Both the position numbers and the translations under genes were made by a program. This document shows, one piece after another, positions 11,127-23,558 of a DNA stretch of 55,842 nt. Origin of the DNA: Octopus bimaculoides (Eukaryota); NCBI RefSeq assembly GCF_001194135.2, contig NC_068982.1, forward strand, positions 176,915,370 through 176,971,211, in the 5' to 3' direction. Below the pieces are notes generated by a model that saw only the letters and a program-made list of their open reading frames with translations, did not search any database and was not told the DNA's origin. Within the stretch, counting starts at the first letter, position 1; the number at the start of each line of letters is the position of its first letter.

Positions 11127-12637
11127 TCACATAAAAAAGTAGTCTGTCAGCTTCTTCTGGCACAGTCCTTTCCACATCGTAATCTGTGTCTGCCTGAGCA
11201 AGTTCTTCAGGTGCATAGTGCAGACTGAGTCATAGTCTTCACATTCAGAGTATTCCATAAGCCACTTGATATGTGAGATAGCCTCTGTGTGTGTCTTGGC
11301 TAGGGCTAGTGTCTCCGATTCTTCTGTGTCATCTCCTTCTGGCTCCTCCTTAATCTGCTTAATCTGATCCTCTAGACGCAGTTCTGCTGCCCTGGTCTCC
11401 TCCTCAGTGAATCCCATAAATTCCTCTTTTCCTGGCTCTAGCTCTGGCGGTTGGGGCCGTGGGAAGGCTTCACCAAGGGCCTTGTACAAGCAGTTGGCTA
11501 TGGTCTTGATTTATCCTGCATACCAGGTTCTGCCTCGCAATAACTGGCATCCTCGATGATAAGCTATTTAAGTTAGTCTGGAGCACCAAGAATATATTCT
11601 ATCATTTCCAGGATGACCTCCTTCTTGTAGGTGGTTTTGAAGGTCTGCATCATGAGGCTGTATTTTGCTGATCGTGTTCTTAGCTAGACAGTGGACATTG
11701 ATCTGGCCACCTCTGATCTGTAGGATGTCTCCCTGTGGGTGAGCGGACCAGTTATCTACCACGAAGATAGCTTTCTCCTGTAGGTTGAGGCTATTAAGGT
11801 GGCTCCTAACACTAGGGACAAATGACTTGAAGAACCATTCTTCAAATATGTTGGCTATCATCCATGACTGGGCTAAGTGTTTGTAAAACACAGGTAGATT
11901 CTTCATGTTTACATGGCGGAAGCACCTTGATGATCGAAACTTGCCCACAACCAAGGGTTTGAGCTTATGGGTGCCTGTCCTGTTGCAAAGAGGATGATGA
12001 GTCTGTTCTTTGCTTGTTTGTAGCCCGAGGTCTTATGCATATCTGTTGTTACTGCTAGAGTGTTGTTTCGTAGCATCTTCCAGTAGAGGCCAGACTCATC
12101 TACATTGTACAGTTGTTCTGAGGTGAGGGAATTTGCTTCCACATCCCGCTTCAAGAGGGCTGGGAAGTCATCTGCAGCTTAGCTGTCTGCTGATCTCTGC
12201 TCCCCACTGACCTTGACAACACCTACATCTTGGCGCTTCTGGAACCTGTACAACCACCCCTTGCTGACTAGAAACGTCTGCTTGTCAAGCTGATCAGGTT
12301 GTTCTGTTTGCAGCTGGCTATGAAACTTCTCTGACTGGATTCTGATAATGCCGCCAGACAGGAGGCTGCCGCCACACTACTCCTGGACAAACCGGGTGAA
12401 AACTGCTTTCTGAAGTTCCCTCTCAATTGCAATTCTAGCCTTCTTCCTAACTAGGCCCTCACTGTCCACAACTGTATTTACATAACTTCTGAAGTTAGTC
12501 TCATCCTTAACCCAACCACGCAGGATGGACTCTGAAACACCAGTCTCACTCGATATTTTTGCTTTGATTTCGCCATTTCGTATGCGGTCAACCAGATTTA
12601 ACTTTTCCTTTACAGAATAGTATTTCCTCTTAGGCAT
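11127..12637 (-). pseudogene. Tigger/pogo-family transposase, near full-length but disrupted
   Basis: MPKRKYYSVKEKLNLVDRIRNGE...LRGWVKDE (CENP-B-type HTH); SKGWLYRFQKR (second HTH); LYNVDESGLYWK, FYKHLAQSWM, AIFVVDNWSAHP and IQP (DDE_1 domain); C-terminal QKKLTDYF typical of Tigger. At least 2 in-frame stops and at least 2 frameshifts. Confidence 0.92.
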
Positions 12638-13087
12638 TGTGTATGCATATGGTAATATTTTTTTAAATATCTTCAAGATAGCTTGCAATTGTAACGAATG
12701 AAGTAGAATATGGTCACCCTTTTATATAAATCGAACCTCCAGAGTGTTAATTACTTCCTTTAAATATTTATTTGTTTCACACATTCGTACCCTTTGATTT
12801 GCGGAAGCTTCTTCAAACAGTCCAGTCAAATCGTGGAAAACAAACTGTCAAAAGCGCTCACCGGTCAAAAAGGTGTTGTTTTCATCACAAAATCAAAGAC
12901 ATTATGCACACAAAACATGTAATTTGCACCCAATTATATGGTAACCGGTTGCAATATTTACAAGCTGTTGATTAAGGTATGTATTTCGTGAAATTCGCTG
13001 AAATTCTGCTCTTAATCAAGGATTTTGCAAGTTGTGAGCGATACTGAGTGAAATTCTGCTTCGAATTATTTGAGGTCCATCAAACCA

Positions 13088-13146
13088 CCCGCGTTATATG
13101 GGGGGACGCCGTATAGCGAGACGCCTAATAAAGAGGGAGAACTATA
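13088..13146 (-). repeat. Possible 5' terminal/subterminal repeats of the Tigger element
   Basis: Three related about 15-nt units on minus (cctctttattaggcg / ctcgctatacggcg / ccccatataacgcg) ending at TA-TAGT; no matching left TIR recognised. Confidence 0.3.
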
Positions 13147-13932
13147 CCAGTTGAATAATGGACTCGTTGTAACCGACTTAACCCCCACTCCTGATCATGC
13201 TGACCTTGTTCCAAAATCTGAAACGGATATAATACGAAGTAGTACCAGGAATACTTATTAACTAGCTCATAAGCTTGTGCTCGTCACCTAGAAAGACACG
13301 TCCAAGCAAGTCATCTTTATGGGTTACTAGAGCATATGTCCATCAAGATAGTCGTGAATGATTTCTTTTTCCATCTGTGGGAGTATTATTTAATGTTTTA
13401 ATTGTCTTATCAGTGCTGATTGTTATATGTATAATCGTTACTAATAGCTTATTTTCGTTCTGTTATGCTTGCTTATATACTGGATACACTGTTGCATGGT
13501 TTTCATTGGTTTATGAATGCATCTTATTTTCATTGAAGTTCCATTGAGTTGCTTTATATTCAGTGTGTATTCTTTTTCTCAATATTGGATCGTTTTATTT
13601 TATATTATAAATTTTGAGTAGCCTGTTTCGCATTAGATTTTTTTGTATTATACTTTCATCATTTCTCCCCTGTATCTCGTACGTTTCTCACATATTGATA
13701 GTTTGTGTTTGATGTAATATGAGTGTGTTGCATTTATGTGATATATCAAAGTATTTGCTCTTTGAACTAAGATTTTTCCCTTATTTTGAAGGACACTTCC
13801 CCGTTTACCGTTTGCTAGAATGCAGCTTCTATCCTTGTTGCACAGGATAAGTAGCAATCTGATTACATTAAACTCATCGTTGCATTAACCATTCATCTTT
13901 AATCGAGGACTGGATGTTATATTTTTATTAGC

Positions 13933-13965
<33 letters not shown>

Positions 13966-14016
13966 CATATATATATATTTACACACGCATATATATATAT
14001 ACATATAAGTATATAA

Positions 14017-14058
<42 letters not shown>

Positions 14059-14946
14059 TGTAAATCAAAAAAATAACAACAAAACTACAAAGGATTCCGC
14101 GGTACACGTGTTTCAAGCTTTATATGTGTATAATATAATATGTGTATATATATATATATATTTATATGTATATACACGTACACGTGCGCGCACGCACACA
14201 CAAATATGTAGTATATTTGTATATCTGTGTGTGTGTATATCTGTGTATACTATTGCAAATAGCTTACGTGTTGCTGAGTAGCGTTAGTTTTATTTTAACA
14301 TGCATTGTTAGGTTTCCTTTTTTCCCCTCTCCTTTCTTCTTAGTGACAATGGCATGATGTTGTTGCATGCAATATATTTATGAATGTAATGCATGCAGCA
14401 ACATGCATACAATATATTTAGTGAACAATAAAGACTGAAAGACACGCAATAAATATTAGTTGTGGTTATTGGGGATCAAAATAGCATCACTGTGCCGCAG
14501 ATTAATTTGGTCCTCGATTCGTAGAGGCAAACGGATTGATTTTACTTGTTAAGAGGAGCTATGCTTCATCACATCAATAGTGTCACTTAATCTCAACTCT
14601 CTCTCCTTCAATATACATAAAATTCCAAAGGGGAGAATGTATACGCGAGAGCTATTGTTGTCCAGATGTATCTGTTAGCATGCACTCGCACAAACACCGC
14701 AAATACACGCACAAACATACACACACGTATGTTTAGAGACATATGCATGTATACATACACACACACACACTCAGATAAACATATATACACACAGATACAC
14801 AGATACACAGATACACACACAGATACACACATACACACACACACGCATATATATAGTGAGAATTTACAAAAAAACACAAAAGACGAAGACGGGTGTGTAA
14901 ATAACAAACAGATGTATTAGTTTAACGCTCGGGAAGTGAGAAAAGT

Positions 14947-14982
14947 CTTTTACGTTTCGAGCCCACGATCTTCGACAGAAAG
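14947..14982 (-). ncRNA. Minimal type I hammerhead ribozyme-like motif (Penelope-type), variant core
   Basis: Minus strand: CUUU [CUGUCGA] A GAUC-GUGG-GCUC [GAAA] C GUA AAAG. Stem I is 4 bp, stem II 3 of 4 bp, palindromic ACGU at stem III, GUA cleavage triplet; A6 replaced by U. Confidence 0.55.
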
Positions 14983-15054
14983 GAATACAGAAATAAAGAG
15001 GGAGAGAAAATAATAAGAGGGTGAGAAAATTTGTCTATATATATATATATATAT

Positions 15055-15458
15055 ATGGAAAAAAAGTCAATTTAGAAAATGCTGAAATGTTTTTATAAAA
15101 AACTTTTCAGTACCAGTTTCAGTCATTGAGACTTTTTCAGCTGTAAGTATGGAAAACAATTAAAGTTTGGAAAAATTAAAAGAAAAGTTTTTTTAAAAGA
15201 ATATTTACATGGTATTCAAATACAAGGGTTATTTTACTTGTTTCAGCCTAAGAGACATACAGACATACAGAAACAAGGAAAATACCCCTTGTAATGGAAT
15301 ACTATGCAAATATTCTTTTAAAAAACTTTTCTTTTAATTTATCCAAAGTTTAATTGTTTTCCATCCTTACAGTTGTAAAAGTCTCAATGGCTGAAACCGG
15401 TACAGAATTGTTTTTTATAAAATTATTTTAGCATTCTCTACTTTGAATTTTTTTCCAT
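15055..15458. mobile_element. Complete about 400-bp foldback (palindromic) non-autonomous element in (TA)n
   Basis: About 190-bp inverted arms (15055-15244 vs 15270-15458) around a 25-nt loop; both ends merge into TA repeats (tatatggaaaaa...tttttccatata). Confidence 0.9.
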
Positions 15459-15562
15459 ATATATCAGCCCGTGTGTTCCTTTTCAACCTACTACATATAT
15501 ATATNNNNNNNNNNNNNNNNNNNNNNNNNNNNNNNNNNNNNNNNNNNNNNNNTATATATATT

Positions 15563-15619
<57 letters not shown>

Positions 15620-16754
15620 CTGTGTGTGTGTATGTATATATATACAAATTAAGTTTTAGGTGAGCATGAGATTTTGAATCAACCTCAGATCTTTTTTTTT
15701 ATATGTATTTTACGTCTGATTAGCCAAACCGCTAATTTACGCGGACGTAAGCATATCAGCACAAGTTGTCATGCAGAGTGGGTGACGAATACAGAAGCAC
15801 ACACACACACACACACACACATTTATATACATCCGACTTTGTATGACTATTTATAGAAGAATATATTAAACATTTCAGCACAGGTTTCAGATTAATTCTG
15901 ATATTCATGTTTTATTATTTGCCATTGAAGCCGGATGCTAACAAAGCAAGAAGACATTTTAAGTTGAGAGAATTCCTAGTATTTGTAAACATGTGATTGA
16001 GTTGGTGTGTTGGTGAACTGTTGATGTATATACCTAAGTGTGTGTGTGTATCTATTCATATAAGAATCTCACATGCAGAAATTTTGGGAATGTTTTACTA
16101 ATTTTAAGTGCACCATTTTAAGTGTCATTTCTTTTGCTCTTTTTCCGTGAAACCGAGTATTTCTAGGTTTTTGTGCAAATTTGTTGGTACATACCTAATG
16201 CACGTATGATGATAGGTAGAAATGAGAATTGATAATCAAGGAACAAGAGTTGTTTGCTACGCATTAATTTGCTATAAATGTTCTCTTTTTCCTGGACTTT
16301 TTATAGCACATTCACCTCTGCTGGGCAGCTGACCTCTGTAGGTACGTACGTACGTACCTATGTATGTATGCATGTATGCATATATGTATGTGTGTGTTGT
16401 TTGTGTGTGTGTGTGTGTGTTTATATATGGAAGCCTCACATAAAAAATCCACACTTAAAACACTGTATTTGAACGATTAGAACAAAAAAACATAAAATGA
16501 TATTTTTTTGTTGAGTTACACTTATATTTCTTAATATTTCTTAATTATTTTGGTTTCCTACTCTATACATAGAACGTTTGTTTTTATATAATATTTCAAT
16601 ATATTTCAAATTTTATGAATATTATCTGCCCTATTTATACAGGAGGAGTTACCTCAATCCTTTCTATATTAACCAAAATGAAGTAGATTGACAAATTTAT
16701 TTTTTGAACCAGTGGAAGACACGCGAGATGTCGAAATATTGTTCACAAGATAGC

Positions 16755-16765
16755 TAATAATAATA

Positions 16766-16850
<85 letters not shown>

Positions 16851-16862
16851 CAACAACAACAA
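16755..16862. repeat. (AAT)n followed by (AAC)n microsatellite
   Basis: Direct inspection. Confidence 0.97.
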
Positions 16863-16869
16863 ACCAGAA

Positions 16870-18150
16870 TAACACAGACAAACATATGAACGGGAAGAAA
16901 GGTGAAACAAATCTAAAACCTGGAAAGAGTGAAGGTGAACCTAATGATTATGATACTCTAGAAATAGCATAATCAAAGAACTGAAAGTCACAGATATCAG
17001 TATGGACCACTGAAAGTACTTCCCCAAAATTGAAATAGATAATTAAACAACATCAATAATAAATAGCATGGACCTGGCCGTCACAGAGCTAATAGCCACA
17101 GAAACAAATGTCATTATCACCGACCTAAATAACATAATATATGCAGCAGACACTGTGGCCACAAAAGAAGCTGGATATTTCCTCACGCCCATCCAAGCAG
17201 GAGTACCACCACCGAAACAAATCCCGTGGATAAATAATATCCAGAAAAAATAGAAAACAAGAGAAAAGATCTGTCAATCCTTAACGAAATTAGTAGACAA
17301 TCAAACTACTAATTAACAAGAAGAGAACAAAAATACTGTGCAAATACAACATTACAGAAAAAGATAAACCTGAGTTAAAAAAAACAACTCTAGCAAGATA
17401 TCATTGCCAAAGCACAAAGGATCCGCCGGTATGAGAAACTCCATCGTTTCTTTGAACAAAACAAACAGTTCAACTCCAACCACAAAAGATTCTACCTAGA
17501 CATCAATGCAGGACCAACAGCAGAAGAGGTGGAAGAATTTTCGAAAGAAATATGGTCGGCAAAGAAATAACCTCAGAAGAGGTCTATGAAAACAACAAAC
17601 GCAGCACCTGAACAACTCTGGACCCCTATAACAACTGAAGAGGTCACCTAGGCACTGCAAATAATACTAGGCAACTGGAAGGCACCCGGGCACAATAAAA
17701 TCCCCAACTTCTGGTTAAAATATCTGACAGGAACACACAAAAAGCTGGCTGAGAAATTTTAATGACATACTAGCAGAGCCAGACACAATGCCTGAATGGC
17801 TCACAAAAGGGAAAACTACCCTAATTCCTAAATCCACTGAAACGGCAAAACCACAAAACTACAGACCAATAAAATTTCTTGCTACAATTTACAAAGCCTT
17901 TCCTGCAATAATATCGCAGATAATGAGCAAGCATCTAGAAGAAAACAACCTGTTTCTAGAAGAGCAGAAGGGATTCTGCAAGGCTCATACGACTGTAAAG
18001 ATCAACTAATGATCAATGAAGTTATAATTGAAGACATCTGCAGAAAGAAGAAAGGTCTAAATATGGCCTGTATCGATTACAGAAAGGTTTTTGATAGTAT
18101 TTCCTACAGATGGATCCTAGAAACACCAGACATGAACAAGGTACCACCAA
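16870..18150 (+). mobile_element. Dong/R4-clade non-LTR retrotransposon fragment (pre-RT region plus RT start), 3'-truncated
   Basis: PWINNIQKK...AKAQRIRRYEK...FEQNKQFNSNHKRFY, NWKAPGHNKIPNFWLK, PEWLTKGKTTLIPK...NYRPI, EEQKG, DQLMIN, IDYRKVFDSI: motifs of RLE-class R4/Dong RTs; frameshifted. Confidence 0.85.
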
Positions 18151-18479
18151 TAATCTAACATTCCTGTACTATCCGTTTCTAATTTTCTATATCCTTTCTT
18201 ATCGTTGTCTCGCATCAGATTCAATTATTCCTAAGTATTTGCCTGATTCATTCCTCTCTCCATATTTGATTTCGGTGTTTTACCTGTTCATATAGCAACT
18301 CAAGAGCATTTGTCTGATCATGTACTCAGCTTTATATACTGACTGAGTATATGAACATTTTTGTATGTTTTTATTTTAAGTATTGCAATTTCTAAAGATT
18401 TTTTATCTCATTAGTACATAGTACACTGTCCGTATTTGTGACTGGGGATAATAATTTCTGTGGAAGTTAACGTTTCTTT

Positions 18480-19410
18480 TCTGCATTGAGCTGTATTGTT
18501 ACCATCCATTTTGCGAAGCCCGCCTTTCGATTAATTTTCATAAATTAGCTTCCTTGCTTAGAGTAGCCGATTTAGGGACGTTATAAAGAGTCAGTTGCTC
18601 AATATACAGCATCCTTGCGGTGGGCAGCCTAAATGGCTATCTAGAGGAGCATTCATTTCAACGAGGATACCATCTTTGATCAGCCATATGTATTTGGATT
18701 TCGAGTAATTGCTGCGAATGCTATAGCTACTGACGGAACTCACGTCAAAATGAAACGCGGAAGCGGCCTTGTTAGTATTGCGAATATCTACTGATATACG
18801 AAGTGGCAACTGGAGTACTTATTAACTAGAACAAAATCGTTAGCCTGCAACTCGTCACGTAGAGATAAATGTCTACGCCAGTTATGTTCATGGATGGCCA
18901 GAGCAATATTACTATCATCGAGATAATTGTAATCTGGTTCGTGCCAGAACTCAACATGAAGAACTCTGATGAATTTACAAACAGAATGTGAATTACGCAT
19001 ACCTCACATTCATTATTTTATTAAAACTTGACTGTTGTGTTTTGCGTCAGCTTATATTTGACCATCTGAGACGTTAGGTATCTTTGTGAAGGGATACGTT
19101 CTTCTAGTTAAAATTTGCCATTTCACTCTGAGAGTGCAGGGTTTAGTATTCTGTGAGTGACCTTGTACAACCATGCACTGAGACTGATGCATCTGCATAG
19201 TTTCTTTGACAGTGAGAAGGTTCCGTCACTGCTTATGAAGATAGTTTTCCTAACACTTTGTTATTTTGACTGGTCTGCGGACTTGGTAAAATGAAGACAC
19301 AACCGGAACACCAATCACCTGGCATGTCACCCGAGGCTTCCATCTGACTCCCAACCGGAGTGCATTTAGTATTACGCCAAACTTTTCATTTTATAAACAA
19401 TTGGTGGTGA
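18480..19410. promoter_or_regulatory. CpG-enriched, promoter-like unique region with outward-facing splice donors
   Basis: Frequent CpG, GCGGAAGC (ETS-like) near 18757, GTCACGT near 18834; minus-strand donor GAC|GTGAGT at 18744/18743 and plus-strand donor GTG|GTGAGT at 19406/19407; no TE similarity recognised. Confidence 0.3.
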
Positions 19411-21624
19411 GTATCTGGGCCAAAGAACATAAATTCAGAATTGTTGAGTGTCCCCAAATAAACATTCACTTATAGATAAATTAATGACTCTTGATGGAAT
19501 ATGAACTTGTTTCACTTATACGCAGATGATCTTACACTTATATTCAACGCTTGCTCTACTTCACTGCTGTCAGGAAAATACAGTGATCAAGATACATAAA
19601 AAAAGACAAATATAAGATATCCATGGAAGAAACTAGAACGTTTCAGACGTTTCACTTGGTTGACTTATTAAACTTTCCTGCGTACAAGAATAATTGTTCC
19701 TTATTTAAACATAAGTCTAGCAATTTCTCAGAGGAAGGGAGTTAATTGATACTAACGACCACAAAACTTGACTATATCCTTAATTTATCGACCGTAGAAG
19801 AATCAAAGGCAAAGTGAAATTCTGTGGAATTTGAACTTACAACATGAAATGTCAGATAAAATAGTGCAAGGCATTTTATCCGATGTTCTAATGATTCTGT
19901 CAGCTCAATGATTTGGTTGTTGTAATATACACCCGCAAACTTGGACGCTGATACCAGACCGCACATTCAAAATTTCTCCAATATAACACATTAATCATTT
20001 CAACCAAGGGTTAAATCTATTACAACACTTCGGAAATTCAATACTTTTAGATGCTTTCAGGTAATTGCACGTACATGCAGTCAATCACTCTGCTCTAGTC
20101 AAAAGGTTTTGCATAATACCTGACAATATTATACCAAATCTCGAGTATTATTAGACAATATTGTATCACTACTTCAGATAATTTCAAAAGACAATTTCTG
20201 AAAAGTATAGACCGATTTTGTTTTATTTTGGCAACATAATTAATACTATTGTTGATTTCAATAAAATCTTAGAAACCAAACACTCTTAGTTGATATGAAA
20301 CAAAAAAAAACACAATAGAATAATCGTGCAAATTCAGTTTCGTCTTTCTTTTCTGTGTAGCTCCTTATCGAAATAAAAATGTAATATAGGTATTACCAAT
20401 ATCACCAAAATAAAGTATGTATACTATTAAGCACTTGTAGTTGCAGCATTTCGTGCAAGGAAGACCCCTTAAGGACATGTAGTGTTTAAGAAAAAACATT
20501 ATTCATCAAAGCTAAGTGAAACGAAATTTCCTCGAAGTGAACGAGAATGACATGTCAATATTTCACAGTATTGTCTGCTCCCTAGTGCCATATACTCGCC
20601 ACCCCTCCGAAACAAATTCGAATTGCCGAGCAGAAATATATGCAGCTGGCGTAAAATGTATCTACGGATGTGAAAAAGCGCTGCACAAGGAAATCAAAAT
20701 ACAAATTTTATTAGAAGCAGCTTTTTAATATAAACATTATCAATATCACATACTTAATGAATGTGTGTTACTACACACTTATAGCTGCATTAGTTCTTCT
20801 GAAGGCGACTTCTTTGACGACGAGTGGTGGTAAAAACCAGTATCTTTCAAAACAAATCTTTAATGCTCTTCCTGGCAGAATTAACAAGCGCTACCCAATC
20901 ATGATGAAGTGCTGAGTTTATTATATCAACAAGTGTGAAGTGTTTTTCTGGTCTTCAAGCATTAAAGATTTTTTATTTCTTTCTTTCCAGAGCTGAATTT
21001 AGCCATTTTTTTATTCGCTGATCTTCTACCATTCAATAACTGACAGTTCGCAAACGGCACACTCAGATTTACCTAATTTCTACCAATATTTGTTACAGAT
21101 AATATAGGAAAGGTAGAACATACTATGAGTTTGCTCACTCTCCTGGAGGTTATGTGTAAAAATTTTAAAAGATCTTTCTCGTTGCGATTATAATATCAGC
21201 AATATTTGCTGTATGAATACGTGCGATGTTCGGAATATAGGTAAAGTACCACACTGACTCGTGAATTCAAACAAGTACTTAACACCCAAAAAGACAAGTA
21301 GTTATAAACAAATGTTATGTCAGATAATTATAGTAGCATTACTTACCTGAAGTGTAAAATTTAATTATACATAAAAAACATACGAAAAATACAATATTGA
21401 CAAATTGCATATACATGTAACTAATTCTCGAAGCTTTTTCATAGTAATTTTTTTTAAGCTTTTACCTCTAATTTCAATATGTGGGATTTAATTCGTAATT
21501 CACTGTGATGAATTATTTATACCATTGTCAACACGTCCTACACTTGCTAGGCAGGTGAGCGTATTTAAATAGATGTCATCTTTTGACTGATGCTTTACGT
21601 CATGGACGCAGGAATTATATAAAG

Positions 21625-21657
21625 CTACGTTGATCTCGATGGAATTTGAACTCTGAA
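21625..21657 (-). mobile_element. SINE family B short remnant
   Basis: gttgatctcgatggaatttgaactctgaa resembles gttgacatcggcggaatttgaactcagaa of the 43822-44037 copy. Confidence 0.45.
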
Positions 21658-23558
21658 ATTATAGTGTTCAACCTCTGCCGAGATAAACGCTGGAAAGTCT
21701 TACTATATTATTTATATGTTTATATATAACTTTCGCAACAGTGAAAATTTATTTTGATGATTTATGAGTGTGTGGGGTAGGGTGTGTATGCGCCTATGTG
21801 TATGTGTCTGTATATATTTGTGTGGGCGCGCGCACGTGAGAAGAGAGTCTATGACATCGATTTAATTTATTATTGTTTTCACTATGACTTATATAGCCAA
21901 ACTGTCTATGAAATTATTTGGATGAATATATGAGGAATATTCGTATCAGCCTGCCCGGAAAATATATATTACTTTGCGGTTTTACTCTACAGATATAATT
22001 GCAAATTCGACCTACTAGATCATTGCCATACAAGAGATAGACAATTCAAATAACAGGTGATAACATGAATATTTATTAAACCATGTGATGCAATACCTGT
22101 CTCTGAAATCAAGATTGAAATTGAGATTGAGAATGGCTAAGATGAAAGAGACATACCTCTCTTAATGAAAATATTCACATGTATGAAATGGGATTCCCTT
22201 TTCCTGGATGACAAACCGTCTCACGATCATTATTCTATGAAGCGCAACAAAATAAATTGTTTGGTATAACGCTTTAATATTTTACAAAGTACGGCATTAG
22301 TCAAGTAAAACGACATTTCTGTTATTGTTATTACGTAAATCAGTCGTGCTTTGTAATAGTCTTTTGATTACGGACTGTTCCACACGAAATTATTCGAAGG
22401 AGAAGGGTATGCGGGCCACCTAACAGCCAACAATAACTGTGTCACCGAAATATCTGTTGACTGAAGCACTCATTGCTGTCCACGTCCGGCCTTGATTAGG
22501 TACTGGTTTTCAAACAAGGAAAATTATTTAATTTATGAGAGAAAATTGGTTCGTGAAATTGCAAAGAATTTATCAGTAGTTCATAAATTTTGCCAGTGAC
22601 TGATATAATTGTATTCTCCATATGGCATGGGAATGAAAGCTTGTATGAAGCGGAAGGCAAATTAATAGCACTTGAGATTGATTTAACTGTTTGCTTTATA
22701 ATCTACTGCAATGTCATGTTATATACGACAGAATTGGTGTACTATCAGCCTATGGTGAATTGAAACGGGAGACAGTGTGTGCTATATATAATTATTTCAT
22801 TTCATAATCGGTTTCGTTAGTTCCAAAATTAATTAATTATATTAATTAGATAGAGACATTGTATTGCGTAAAGCAATATCATAGTGGTAGCCCATATTGT
22901 ATCTGAAGTAAAAATATTGTAATGAAGTCATATACCAGAGGTAACCCACTGTAAAATATTTATAGGTTTATGGAACTGATTTGATGCACATTGCAATAGT
23001 GAAATAGCGATATAATACAAATTCTCTTGATATGATATATATGGATTATGAAGTAATCAGTTATGGAACACGAAATCATATAAGATTTGTTTAGAAATCG
23101 AATATAACAGGCTCACTATAACTTATATTTGTAAGCCTAAATAATCAAATCAAATATGCATCTTAAAGTTTAGAGTTGTTCTAAACTTTTATTAAAATAT
23201 TACTGTAGCAAATCTAAATTGAATTGAATCGACTACAACGGTAGATCACATAATTCGAAACCTGTCCATAAATTCAAACACGATTCGAATCCAGCTGACT
23301 TCAAGCAGTACTTTACATGCTTGTTTAAGGTAGAATTAGAGAAATACGACCAAGGACGATAATACAATGAAAATGATAAGAAAATGAGCAATCTTATCGA
23401 CCAAAGGTCATAGATCTTTACTAGCTCTACTTCGTATTAACAAGCAAGTGACTAAAAACATTTCGCTTCTTTTCACGATGACTAAATAGCAAATATTGCT
23501 CATCAAAAACGCGCGCGCGTGGTCAAGCTCACACCCACAGATAGATAGATAGATAGAT

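Noticed and set aside
20516-20728. 70-aa ORF MKRNFLEV...
   Set aside because: No domain, TTG/GTG-type start, no supporting splice sites
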